A stretch of 64,000 nucleotides of DNA from an uncultured Acidiphilium sp. (GCA_964452295.1 CAYVKZ010000001.1:56529-120528); one strand, 5' to 3'; positions 8,974 to 17,084 are shown, numbered from the stretch's first letter. The notes: a model not told the origin generated them from the sequence alone. Numbers and translations: made by a program.

Positions 8974-9733
8974 ATTAAATAAAGACAAATTTGATTTTTA
9001 CAAACGGCAAAAAAACGAAAATACAGATTTTAAATTACCCCCGATTATAACGGCGGGCGAGGGCGAGCCTCTTGTTTTTTTGCACGGATTCGGTTCTTCG
9101 AAAGAAGCGTTTTTGGCGCAAATTAAGTTTTTTTCGGCGAGATATAAAGTTTTTGCCCCCGACCTTACGGGGTTTGGCGAAAACGCGTTTATGTCTTATC
9201 CGTATTCGCTTGCGGATTACGCCGAAGAATTTTATAAATTATTAAACTTTATAGGCGAGCCGCATGTTTATTTGATAGCTCACTCGTTCGGTTGCAGAAT
9301 AGCTTTTAAGGCTCTTACCGAAAGTATCGTTATAAAAAAGGCGGTGTTGGTCGGAGCCGCGGGATTAAAGCCCAAAAGAAGTTTTGCTTATCGCTTAAAA
9401 AAAGTTTGCTATAAATTTTTAAAGCCGTTTGTAAACAAATCGGTGCTTGAAAAAAAGTTTTTTTCGCCCGATTACAATACGCTTTCTCCGCTAAAAAAGC
9501 AGAGTTTTAAATTGATTTTAAGCGAAACGTTCGATGAAAAACTTCAAAAAATCGACGTTCCGATTTTGGCGGTATTCGGCGAAAACGATAAAGAAACTCC
9601 GCCGTATTTCGCGCAAAGGATAGTTAAAAACGTAAAAGGTGCGCAAAAATACATAATGAAAGGTTGCGGACATTTTTGTTTTGTCGAATCCCCGCACGAG
9701 TTTAATTTAATCGCGAACGAATTTTTAAGTTAG
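8963..9733 (+). CDS. Alpha/beta hydrolase
   Basis: HGFGSS oxyanion region and nucleophile elbow AHSFGC. The TTG start overlaps the rimI end. Confidence 0.7.
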   Translation: MKDRLNKDKFDFYKRQKNENTDFKLPPIITAGEGEPLVFLHGFGSSKEAFLAQIKFFSARYKVFAPDLTGFGENAFMSYPYSLADYAEEFYKLLNFIGEPHVYLIAHSFGCRIAFKALTESIVIKKAVLVGAAGLKPKRSFAYRLKKVCYKFLKPFVNKSVLEKKFFSPDYNTLSPLKKQSFKLILSETFDEKLQKIDVPILAVFGENDKETPPYFAQRIVKNVKGAQKYIMKGCGHFCFVESPHEFNLIANEFLS

Positions 9734-9810
9734 CTTTGCTCTATTAGTCAGCGGAGCGCAACAGAGTGCGTAAGACTAACCGATATAAAAAATAAAAAGG
9801 AGTGCAAAAA

Positions 9811-11490
9811 GTGCCCGATTTTAATTCGATAAAAAGCATAGGCGAGTTATTCTTTGCGCAATATCAACCCGTATACGTTGCGATAAGCGCGATAAATTCA
9901 TTGCTTTTGCTCGCCATGTCTTATAAATTTTTGCAAATAATGCAGCAGTCGGGCTACGAAGGCTTCGGGTATTTTAAGTGGCTTCGTCGGCGCGACAACG
10001 TTTATCTTTCGCGGCTTACTACGATTAGTCTTTTATCGCTTTTAGGTTATTTGCTTACAAACGTATCGCTTGCTTTTAGCGACGAATGGTGGGTATATTT
10101 AGTAGGTTTTTTCTTTTACGTTATATTTATAATCGGATATTTAAAGAGCGAAAAAAAACGAACCAGAAAGGTTCCGCTTGTCAGAACGGCTCGAATGAAC
10201 AGGCTAATTGCCGTTTATTTAATCGTTTTGCTGATAGCGAATTACCTTTTGATAGTGCTTTTAACGGTGGCGGCTTATTTATTAAGGGCTAACGCGATAT
10301 TGGTTCGCATTAGGTTTTGCGTAATTTGCCTTATGCCAATATGCGTTCCGTTCTTAGTACTTATAGCGCATTATATAATTAAGCCTTACGAAAAACGAGT
10401 TCAAAAACGTTACGTAAAAAAATGTATGGAGCGCCTTTACGCTCGCCCCGATTTAATTAAAATCGGAATAACCGGCAGCTATGGAAAAACTTCGGTTAAA
10501 GAAATTTTAAAAACTCTTTTAGAAGAAAAATACAGCGTTCTCGCAACGCCCAGCTCTTTTAATACTCCTATGGGAATTTGCAAAACGGTAAGGCGGCTTA
10601 AGGATAACCATCAGGTATTTATTGCGGAAATGGGTGCGCGGCATGTAGGCGATATTCGCGAACTTGCCGAAATCGTTCGCCCCAATTACGCCGTTATTAA
10701 CGGAATAGTAGGGCAGCATTTGGAAACTTTCGGTTCGCTTTCCGCGATAAAACAAACTAAATACGAGCTTGTAGAAAGCATGCCTTGCGGCACCGTGGCG
10801 TATACGGTCGATAACGAAAATACCGAAAAGTTGTTCGATAAATGTAAAATCAAATGCGTGGGCGCGGGGATTAATCTCGATAAAAATCCCGCGGTTTACG
10901 CGACCGATATAAAAACAACCGGTAGCGGAAGCGAATTCGTTTTGCATATAAACGGCACAAGCGAAAAATGTTTAACTTCGCTTTTGGGCGAGCATAACGT
11001 TTCCAATATTTGTTTGGCGGCGGCTATTGCTAGCGAAATAGGCTTAAATCTTTCGGAAATTTGTGCGGGAATCAGTCGTTTGCAACCGATTGCTCATCGA
11101 CTGGAAGTTCGTTCCGCGCAAAACGGAGTAACTATTATAGACGATAGTTATAATTCGAATTCATTCGGAATTATCGCGGCGTTAAAGGTTTTATCTTGCT
11201 TCGAGGGACGAAAAATCGTAGTAACCCCGGGGCTTGTCGAGCTTGGCAGAGCGCAAGACCTTGAGAATTATAAGTTCGGCAAAAAACTTGCCGACGTTTG
11301 CGATATTGCCGTTTTGGTCGGAAGAAGCGCGACTTATCGTATTCAAGACGGACTTATAGACGGCTATTTCGATTGCGATAACGTGATTGTCGTAAACGAT
11401 TTGGATGCGGCGCGTAAAAAACTTTCTAAAATTTTAAAAAATGGCGACGTAGTTCTTTTCGAAAACGATCTTCCCGATAAATTTTCATAG
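9811..11490 (+). CDS. murF: MurF-like Mur ligase with an N-terminal polytopic membrane region
   Basis: GITGSYGKTSVKE ATP-site motif, IIDDSYNSN, and ddl immediately downstream. The first ~200 aa are hydrophobic helices. I prefer GTG 9811 (8 nt after AAAGGAG) to the ORF-track start at 9802. Confidence 0.75.
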   Translation: MPDFNSIKSIGELFFAQYQPVYVAISAINSLLLLAMSYKFLQIMQQSGYEGFGYFKWLRRRDNVYLSRLTTISLLSLLGYLLTNVSLAFSDEWWVYLVGFFFYVIFIIGYLKSEKKRTRKVPLVRTARMNRLIAVYLIVLLIANYLLIVLLTVAAYLLRANAILVRIRFCVICLMPICVPFLVLIAHYIIKPYEKRVQKRYVKKCMERLYARPDLIKIGITGSYGKTSVKEILKTLLEEKYSVLATPSSFNTPMGICKTVRRLKDNHQVFIAEMGARHVGDIRELAEIVRPNYAVINGIVGQHLETFGSLSAIKQTKYELVESMPCGTVAYTVDNENTEKLFDKCKIKCVGAGINLDKNPAVYATDIKTTGSGSEFVLHINGTSEKCLTSLLGEHNVSNICLAAAIASEIGLNLSEICAGISRLQPIAHRLEVRSAQNGVTIIDDSYNSNSFGIIAALKVLSCFEGRKIVVTPGLVELGRAQDLENYKFGKKLADVCDIAVLVGRSATYRIQDGLIDGYFDCDNVIVVNDLDAARKKLSKILKNGDVVLFENDLPDKFS

Positions 11491-11543
11491 AATTTTTTTA
11501 AAAAAACAAAAAAGTTTTCACCAAAGCTAAAAAATAAGCGGAG

Positions 11544-12716
11544 GTGTTTTTTATTAAAAGTTTATTTAAAAAGAGTGATAAAGACAGCAAAAAAATTGCC
11601 GTATTTTTCGGCGGAAAATCTACCGAGCACGACATTTCGGTTATAACGGGCGTTTTAACGCTGAACGCGTTAGACTGCGAAAAATACGAGGCGGTGGCGG
11701 TTTTCGTCGATAAAGACGGCAAATGGTACGGCGGAGAGGGGTTAAATAGACTTTCTTTATATAAAAATATTGATTATAAAAAACTAAAACGCTTGTTTTT
11801 TGCTTGTGGCGACGATGTTTTATATTCGATAAACGGCGCAAAAATCGCTCCGTATGCTAACGTTTTCGCGGCGATAAATTGTATGCATGGAATAAACGGG
11901 GAGGACGGCTCGCTTTCGGGAGTTTTGCGGTTGAGCGGAATTCCTTTCGTTTCTCCCGATATTTTTGCGGGTGCCGTGGCGATTGATAAGTATTATACAA
12001 AACTGATTTTAAAGTCGCTTGAAATTCCTTGCGCCGATTACGTTCGCGTTATTCGCGATGAGTTTTATGCTAAAAAACGCGTTGCGCTTGATTATTTAGC
12101 GAAAAAACTCGGGTTTCCGCAAGTTGTAAAGCCCGCGAGGCTCGGCAGCAGTATCGGTATCGAAGTCGCGCATAACGAAAACGAACTTGAAATCGCATTA
12201 ACCGCCGCTTTCCGTTTCGATTGCAATGCTGTTTGTGAAAAATATTTAAGCGGTGCAACCGACGTGAACGTAGCGGCTTTAAAGGCGGGTGAAAAAATTA
12301 GGGTTTCTATTTCGGAAAGAGCTTTAACGGCGAATGAAATTTTAACGTTTGAAGATAAATACGGCGACAACGAAAAGGGCGGAATGGAAAATTCCGGTCG
12401 AAGAAAAATAGCAAACGACTTGCCTTGCTCGATAAAAATGCGCGATATAGCCGAAAAGCTTTATCGAAAATTGGATTTTCGAGGAATCGCTCGGTTTGAT
12501 TTTTTAGTTTTAGGCGAAGATGTTTACTTAAATGAAATAAACGCCGTACCCGGCTCGCTTGCATACTATATGTTCTGCGATAAAATGCGTGATTTTTCGT
12601 TGCTGCTAAACGAACTTATAGAGCAAGCCGTTGCGGATCGCCGTCGCGAAGATAATTTAACGGTTAGTTTTTCTTCGTCGGTTTTAAGCCGAGATTACAT
12701 AGGTGCAAAAAAATAA
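11544..12716 (+). CDS. ddl: D-alanine--D-alanine ligase
   Basis: KIAVFFGGKSTEHDISVITG, GEDGSLSG, and an ATP-grasp C-terminus (NEINAVPGS). The start codon (GTG 11544) is uncertain. Confidence 0.85.
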   Translation: MFFIKSLFKKSDKDSKKIAVFFGGKSTEHDISVITGVLTLNALDCEKYEAVAVFVDKDGKWYGGEGLNRLSLYKNIDYKKLKRLFFACGDDVLYSINGAKIAPYANVFAAINCMHGINGEDGSLSGVLRLSGIPFVSPDIFAGAVAIDKYYTKLILKSLEIPCADYVRVIRDEFYAKKRVALDYLAKKLGFPQVVKPARLGSSIGIEVAHNENELEIALTAAFRFDCNAVCEKYLSGATDVNVAALKAGEKIRVSISERALTANEILTFEDKYGDNEKGGMENSGRRKIANDLPCSIKMRDIAEKLYRKLDFRGIARFDFLVLGEDVYLNEINAVPGSLAYYMFCDKMRDFSLLLNELIEQAVADRRREDNLTVSFSSSVLSRDYIGAKK

Positions 12717-12775
12717 AAAGCAGTTAGAAAAAGGTCTTTTGTAGGTAATACAATTTCTTCGGCACAAAAATTTGC

Positions 12776-12804
12776 TTTACAAAAAATTTTAAAGATGATA
12801 TAAT
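12776..12804 (+). promoter_or_regulatory. Sigma-A-type promoter of rnpB
   Basis: TTTACA, 17 nt, TGaTATAAT. The predicted +1 (~12811) coincides with the first base of the P1 helix. Confidence 0.7.
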
Positions 12805-12810
12805 TTGATC

Positions 12811-13154
12811 GTTTGAGTCGGCTGTGCGGTTGCGGGGCGGAGGCAACGCCTTCGTCACGAGGAAAGTCCGGGCTTCGCAAAGCAGGGTGCCTGCTAACGG
12901 CAGGTGAAGGCGACTTTAAGGAAAGTGCAACAGAAAATTACCGCCGCAAGGTAAGGATGAAAAGGCGAGGTAAGAGCTCACCGGCTCCGCGGTAACGCGG
13001 GGCGCCGTGTAAACCCCACCCGAAGCAAGGTAGGAGCGTGCAAAGGGGCTTTGACCTGCACGTTCGTTCGAATAGCCGCTCGAGCGCGTCGGCAACGGCG
13101 CGCCTAGATAGATAACCGCACCAGACAGAACCCGGCTTATAGGTCGGCTCAAAC
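12811..13154 (+). ncRNA. rnpB: RNase P RNA
   Basis: Universal motifs GAGGAAAGTCCGGGC and ACAGAACCCGGCTTA. P1 pairs gtttgagtcggc (5') with gtcggctcaaac (3'). It forms a GC-rich island in an AT-rich context. Confidence 0.95.
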
Positions 13155-13180
13155 TCATTAAAAAAAAGCGTTAATCGCTT

Positions 13181-13210
13181 AAAACCGCACCCAACTCGGT
13201 GCGGTTTTTT
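13181..13210 (+). terminator. Intrinsic terminator of rnpB
   Basis: Stem aaaaccgcacc/ggtgcggtttt, loop caactc, then a T run. Confidence 0.85.
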
Positions 13211-13301
13211 CGTTATGGTAAAAAAATTACTAAAAAACTTAAAAACTTTAAAACTTTGCATTTTTTAGGCGGAGTTTTTTTTATATTTTTCGTAAAAATA
13301 A

Positions 13302-13330
13302 TTGAGAAAAAATAAGAAGTGTGTTATACT
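13302..13330 (+). promoter_or_regulatory. Sigma-A-type promoter with extended -10
   Basis: TTGAGA (13302-13307), 17-nt spacer, TGtTATACT (13322-13330). Phased A-tracts (aaaaactt repeats, ~13230-13255) lie upstream. Confidence 0.55.
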
Positions 13331-13336
13331 AACTTA

Positions 13337-13531
13337 GCCAAACCAACTTAATAGTATTTTGGGGTATTGGGATAGTCTACCCATTTTTAGGGAATCACTA
13401 TAATTTTAAAATTTGTTAAAATGCAAATTTCGAACAATTATAGTGATTCGGGTATCCCATACTATTTTTGTTGGTTTGGCGACTATCGAAATTTGCGTTT
13501 TATGCGCTTACTTCGGTAGGCGCACTTTTTT
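13337..13531 (+). ncRNA. Candidate structured RNA (rod-like hairpin plus terminator), either an independent sRNA or a long leader of the methylase-nuclease operon
   Basis: The predicted +1 falls on the first base of an 11-bp closing helix (13337-13347 with 13470-13480). Further helices are 13350-13357/13459-13466, 13369-13374/13453-13458, a perfect 14-bp 13392-13405/13436-13449, and an apical 7-bp 13409-13415/13424-13430. It ends in the terminator at 13504-13531. No ORF is present. Confidence 0.45.
13504..13531 (+). terminator. Intrinsic terminator (UUCG tetraloop)
   Basis: gcgcttac-ttcg-gtaggcgc (8 bp including one G-U), followed by acTTTTTT. Confidence 0.75.
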
Positions 13532-13572
13532 ATATAAAGGTGCGACTTTATAAAAAAAGGAGCACTTAACAT

Positions 13573-14633
13573 ATGTCCGGAAATAAGAGTTTGAGGCAAG
13601 CAGATCGAGCAAAGAACGACGAATTTTATACTAGACTTGTCGATATCGAAAACGAATGTAAACACATAAGGAACACTTTAAAAACAAAATAATTTTTTGC
13701 AATTGCGACGACCCTTACGAAAGTAACTTTTTTAAGTATTTTGCGATGAATTTTAATCATTTAGGCTTAAAAAAATTAATCGCCACTTGTTACGACGGTT
13801 CGCCCGTCGCATACACTCAGTTATCCGTCTTCCCTGAAGACGAAAAAAGCTTTTTAAATAAAAATAAGCGAGCCTATAAAATAGAAATAACCGAGGTTAA
13901 AGATTATAACGGCGACGGCGCGGTTGATTTATCGGACGTAGAGTATTTGTTAAAGAATAAGAAAAACACTTTATCCGTTCTTAAAGGTGACGGCGATTTT
14001 CGCTCGCAAGAGTGTATAGAACTGTTAAAAGAAGCGGATATTGTGGTGACTAATCCGCCGTTCTCCTTATTCCGTGAATATGTTGCTCAACTTGTAGAAT
14101 ATGGTAAAAAATTTTTGATTATTGGTAATCAAAATGCTATTACGTATAAAGAAATTTTTCCTTTAATAAAGGACAATAAATTGTTTTTTGGTTTAACAAT
14201 GAATGGAAGCAATCGTTATTTTCAAGTACCCGACGATTATCATTTGACTGAAAAAACTGGGAAAATTATTGACGGAAAGAAATACGCATTTGTTAAAAGT
14301 GTGGTTTGGTTCACGAATTTAGATACAAAAAAACGCCACGAGATATTTCCGTTATACAAGAAATACACACCTGAAGAATATCCAAAATATGACAATTATC
14401 CCGCAATAAACATTGATAAGACAGTAGATATTCCTGTTGATTATGATGGCTTGATGGGCGTCCCTATTACTTTCTTTGATAAGTATAATCCATCTCAATT
14501 CGAAATAATCGACGGGATAGGAAGATACAGCATTTTAGACAACGAGAACACGAGAAAAGATGGAAAATATTTGTCTATGATAAACGGTATGGCGAAGTAT
14601 TTTCGTATTATTATTATTAAGAAAAGGAGTTAG
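13573..14633 (+). pseudogene. M.EcoRI-family N6-adenine DNA methyltransferase with an interrupted reading frame
   Basis: ATG 13573 with an AAAGGAG SD encodes MSGNKSLRQADRAKNDEFYTRLVDIENECKHIR and stops at 13690-13692. The continuation EHFKNKIIFCNCDDPYESNFFKYF.. is in the -1 frame (open from 13662) and runs into ORF 13746..14633, which carries GDGDFRS, VVTNPPFSLFREY, YPKYDNY, GVPITF and YFRIII. Colinearity with M.EcoRI is from memory. Confidence 0.75.
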
Positions 14634-14635
14634 TT

Positions 14636-15745
14636 ATGCAAATAGAATTACATGAAATAAAAATAAGAGAAATAGCTAACGGATATATAGATAGTCAAGA
14701 AAACGGCGTAGTGGGATACGGCGGAAAACTTAATATTCGCCCCGCGTTTCAGCGCGAATTCGTTTATAAAGAAAAACAGCGCAACGCCGTTATCGAAACG
14801 GTTATAAAAGGCTTCCCCTTAAACGTTATGTATTGGGTAGAAGACGAAAACGGCGGTTACGAGCTTTTAGACGGTCAGCAGCGCACTATTTCGATTTGCC
14901 AATACGTTAACGGCGATTTTTCGATTGACAGTAGGGCTTTTCATAATCTTACCGAAACCGAAAAAAATCAAATTTTAGATTATCCGCTGATGATTTATAT
15001 TTGCAACGGCAACGATAAAGAAAAGCTCGATTGGTTTAAAATAATTAATATCGCGGGCGTGCAATTAAAAGAACAAGAACTTCGCAACGCGATTTATACG
15101 GGCGAGTGGCTTTCGGACGCAAAACGATATTTTTCTAAAAACGGGTGCGTTGCCTATCGTTTGGCAAATAAATATCTTAACGGAGAAGTAAACAGGCAAG
15201 ATTATTTGCAAACAGTTTTAAAGTGGATTTCCGCAAAAGAAAATATCAAAATCGAAGATTATATGTCCGTTCATCAGCACGATAGCCATGCAACGCCGTT
15301 ATGGCAATATTTTCAGTCCGTTATAACTTGGGCGCAAACGATATTCCCGAAATACAGAAAGGAAATGAAGGGGCTTGATTGGGGAATTCTATATAATACA
15401 TACGGCGATAAAGTGTATAACCCGCAAAAATTAGAAGAAAAAATAATCGCTTTAATGCAAGACGACGATATAACCAAGCGTTCGGGAATTTACGAATACT
15501 TGCTTTCCGGCAACGAAAAACATCTTAATATACGAGCGTTTACGGATAACGAAAAAAGGCAGGTTTACGAAAAACAAAAAGGTATTTGTCCGCATTGCGC
15601 AGTCGAGCACAGAGATAAAATCCACTACGATATAAGTGAAATGGAAGCCGACCATATAACTCCGTGGTGCGAGGGTGGTAAAACCAACGTAGACAACTGC
15701 CAAATGCTATGCAAAGAACATAACAGAAAAAAATCGAACAAATAA
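14636..15745 (+). CDS. DUF262 (ParB/Srx-like, DGQQR) plus C-terminal HNH (His-Me finger) nuclease
   Basis: FQREFVY...LLDGQQRT (DGQQR at 14870-14884). C-terminal CPHC...EADHITPWCEGGKTNVDNCQMLCKEHNRKK (15650-15724). The ATG lies 2 nt after the methylase stop. Confidence 0.8.
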   Translation: MQIELHEIKIREIANGYIDSQENGVVGYGGKLNIRPAFQREFVYKEKQRNAVIETVIKGFPLNVMYWVEDENGGYELLDGQQRTISICQYVNGDFSIDSRAFHNLTETEKNQILDYPLMIYICNGNDKEKLDWFKIINIAGVQLKEQELRNAIYTGEWLSDAKRYFSKNGCVAYRLANKYLNGEVNRQDYLQTVLKWISAKENIKIEDYMSVHQHDSHATPLWQYFQSVITWAQTIFPKYRKEMKGLDWGILYNTYGDKVYNPQKLEEKIIALMQDDDITKRSGIYEYLLSGNEKHLNIRAFTDNEKRQVYEKQKGICPHCAVEHRDKIHYDISEMEADHITPWCEGGKTNVDNCQMLCKEHNRKKSNK

Positions 15746-15765
15746 GAAAGTTAATTAGCAACAAA

Positions 15766-15792
15766 AAAAGATAGCTCAAAGGGCTATCTTTT
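15766..15792. terminator. Bidirectional intrinsic terminator
   Basis: Stem aaaagatagc/gctatctttt with a 7-nt loop, between convergent genes. Confidence 0.75.
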
Positions 15793-15811
15793 AAAATACA
15801 TTGTTAATTTT

Positions 15812-16828
15812 TTACATCATGTCTACGATTATATGCGGTAGAGGGGCGGCGGTGTTTTTTTCGCCTAAGGTGTTTTTCACGGCTTGTTCGCAACCGTCGA
15901 ATTTAATCGAAGAAAATTGAAAGTTGGAAAAATCAATCGCTTTATTTGCAATTAAATTTATAGCTTGTTCGGTAAATCCGTAACCGTTGGTTATGCATTT
16001 AAAATTGAGTTGTTTTTTCATTGCTAAATGAAAGTTAACGCGAAGATTAGGATTAGAAAACCCGACGAAGCCCATTTTTGCGTTGTTTGCCGCGATTTTT
16101 AAAGCGACGTCGGTGTTTATGTTGCTATCCGAAACGTAAACTACTTTAGAAGCCATACGCGCGCCCGTTCTTTCAGAAACTTCTTTTTCGAGTTTGTTGT
16201 CGGAAAAAAGATTATAATAAACGCCGCAAAGTTTTGCTTTTTCTAAATTTTCGGATTTAGAATCGATTAAAATAGGCACTGCCTGATAATAAATGATAAT
16301 CGTCGAAAGAATTATTCCTATAAGATTGCCGCCGATAACGGCAACGTGTTCGCCTTTTTTGATATCCAATTTATCGATAACAGCGAGCGATAAGGCTACG
16401 TAATCGATAAAAAGTGCGTCGTCGTCTTTAACCGAGGTCGGCAGTGCGTATAAAATCGAATTGTCGACAACGGCAAAATCGCGCAAATAACCGTCGGTGT
16501 TTTTACCTGCAATTCTTTGATTAACGCATTTTTCGGGTTGGCTTATCAAACATTCGGCGCAAGAGCCGCAGTTTTCTACCGAACTTAAATACACGCGAGT
16601 GCCTTTTGTAAGATAAGCCGATTCGCTGGCGTCGGTTATCTGACCGATTGCGATGCGCCCCGGAATAACGGGGTAGGTAACGTCATCGTCGCCGCCGATC
16701 GTTTGAAAATCTTCGGGGGTGAGCATTACTTTGGTAATTTTTACCTTCGAAGAATCTGCGTTATCGCAAATTTCCATTTTATTGATTTTTGTTAGTTTGC
16801 CCTTTTCGGACACTTGTAATCCAAGCAT
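15812..16828 (-). CDS. Zinc-type alcohol dehydrogenase-like (MDR superfamily) oxidoreductase
   Basis: Structural-zinc style CGSCAEC..C and a Rossmann-like VAVIGGNLIG. The substrate is unknown. Confidence 0.6.
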   Translation of the reverse strand: MLGLQVSEKGKLTKINKMEICDNADSSKVKITKVMLTPEDFQTIGGDDDVTYPVIPGRIAIGQITDASESAYLTKGTRVYLSSVENCGSCAECLISQPEKCVNQRIAGKNTDGYLRDFAVVDNSILYALPTSVKDDDALFIDYVALSLAVIDKLDIKKGEHVAVIGGNLIGIILSTIIIYYQAVPILIDSKSENLEKAKLCGVYYNLFSDNKLEKEVSERTGARMASKVVYVSDSNINTDVALKIAANNAKMGFVGFSNPNLRVNFHLAMKKQLNFKCITNGYGFTEQAINLIANKAIDFSNFQFSSIKFDGCEQAVKNTLGEKNTAAPLPHIIVDMM

Positions 16829-17084
16829 TAAAAACTCCCGTTATAAACGCTATAAAAGCAATAGGGCAAGCCGTATGAAAACGGCGTTGCCACCGAAAAC
16901 TATGCGTGTGTAAAACCCGCCGCAAAGCATTCAACGTTTATCCATTATACACCAACCGACTAACTTTTGCAAGTAAAAACGCCGCGATAATCGAATAAAG
17001 ACGGCAAAATGCGACTGTATCGCTAAAAAAGCTAAAAAATATGCAAAAAAATTCGCATTTAGGCAAAAAATTGCTTTTATTTGT

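Noticed and set aside
12813-13261. Three ORFs (12813..12995 +, 12916..13158 -, 12938..13261 -) of 60-107 aa
   Set aside because: They lie entirely within or across the RNase P RNA gene. They are artefacts of a GC-rich structured RNA with few stop codons.
13337-13480. The 144-bp inverted-repeat element read as a MITE or IS remnant
   Set aside because: There is no target-site duplication at the ends, no second copy in this 64-kb window and no transposase. The exact fit between promoter, helix start and downstream terminator favours an RNA gene or leader. The MITE reading cannot be excluded without a whole-genome search.
13483-13665. A 60-aa minus-strand ORF overlapping the methylase 5' end and the terminator
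   Set aside because: It has no SD and is antisense to a region explained by the terminator and the conserved M.EcoRI-like N-terminus.
13677-13683. Canonical -1 slippery heptamer T-TTA-AAA that would also repair the methylase frame
   Set aside because: It is not the preferred explanation. The -1 frame already matches the family consensus (EHF) upstream of the heptamer, which points to a single-G loss at 13670-13671. I saw no obvious downstream stimulatory structure. It remains an alternative to test.
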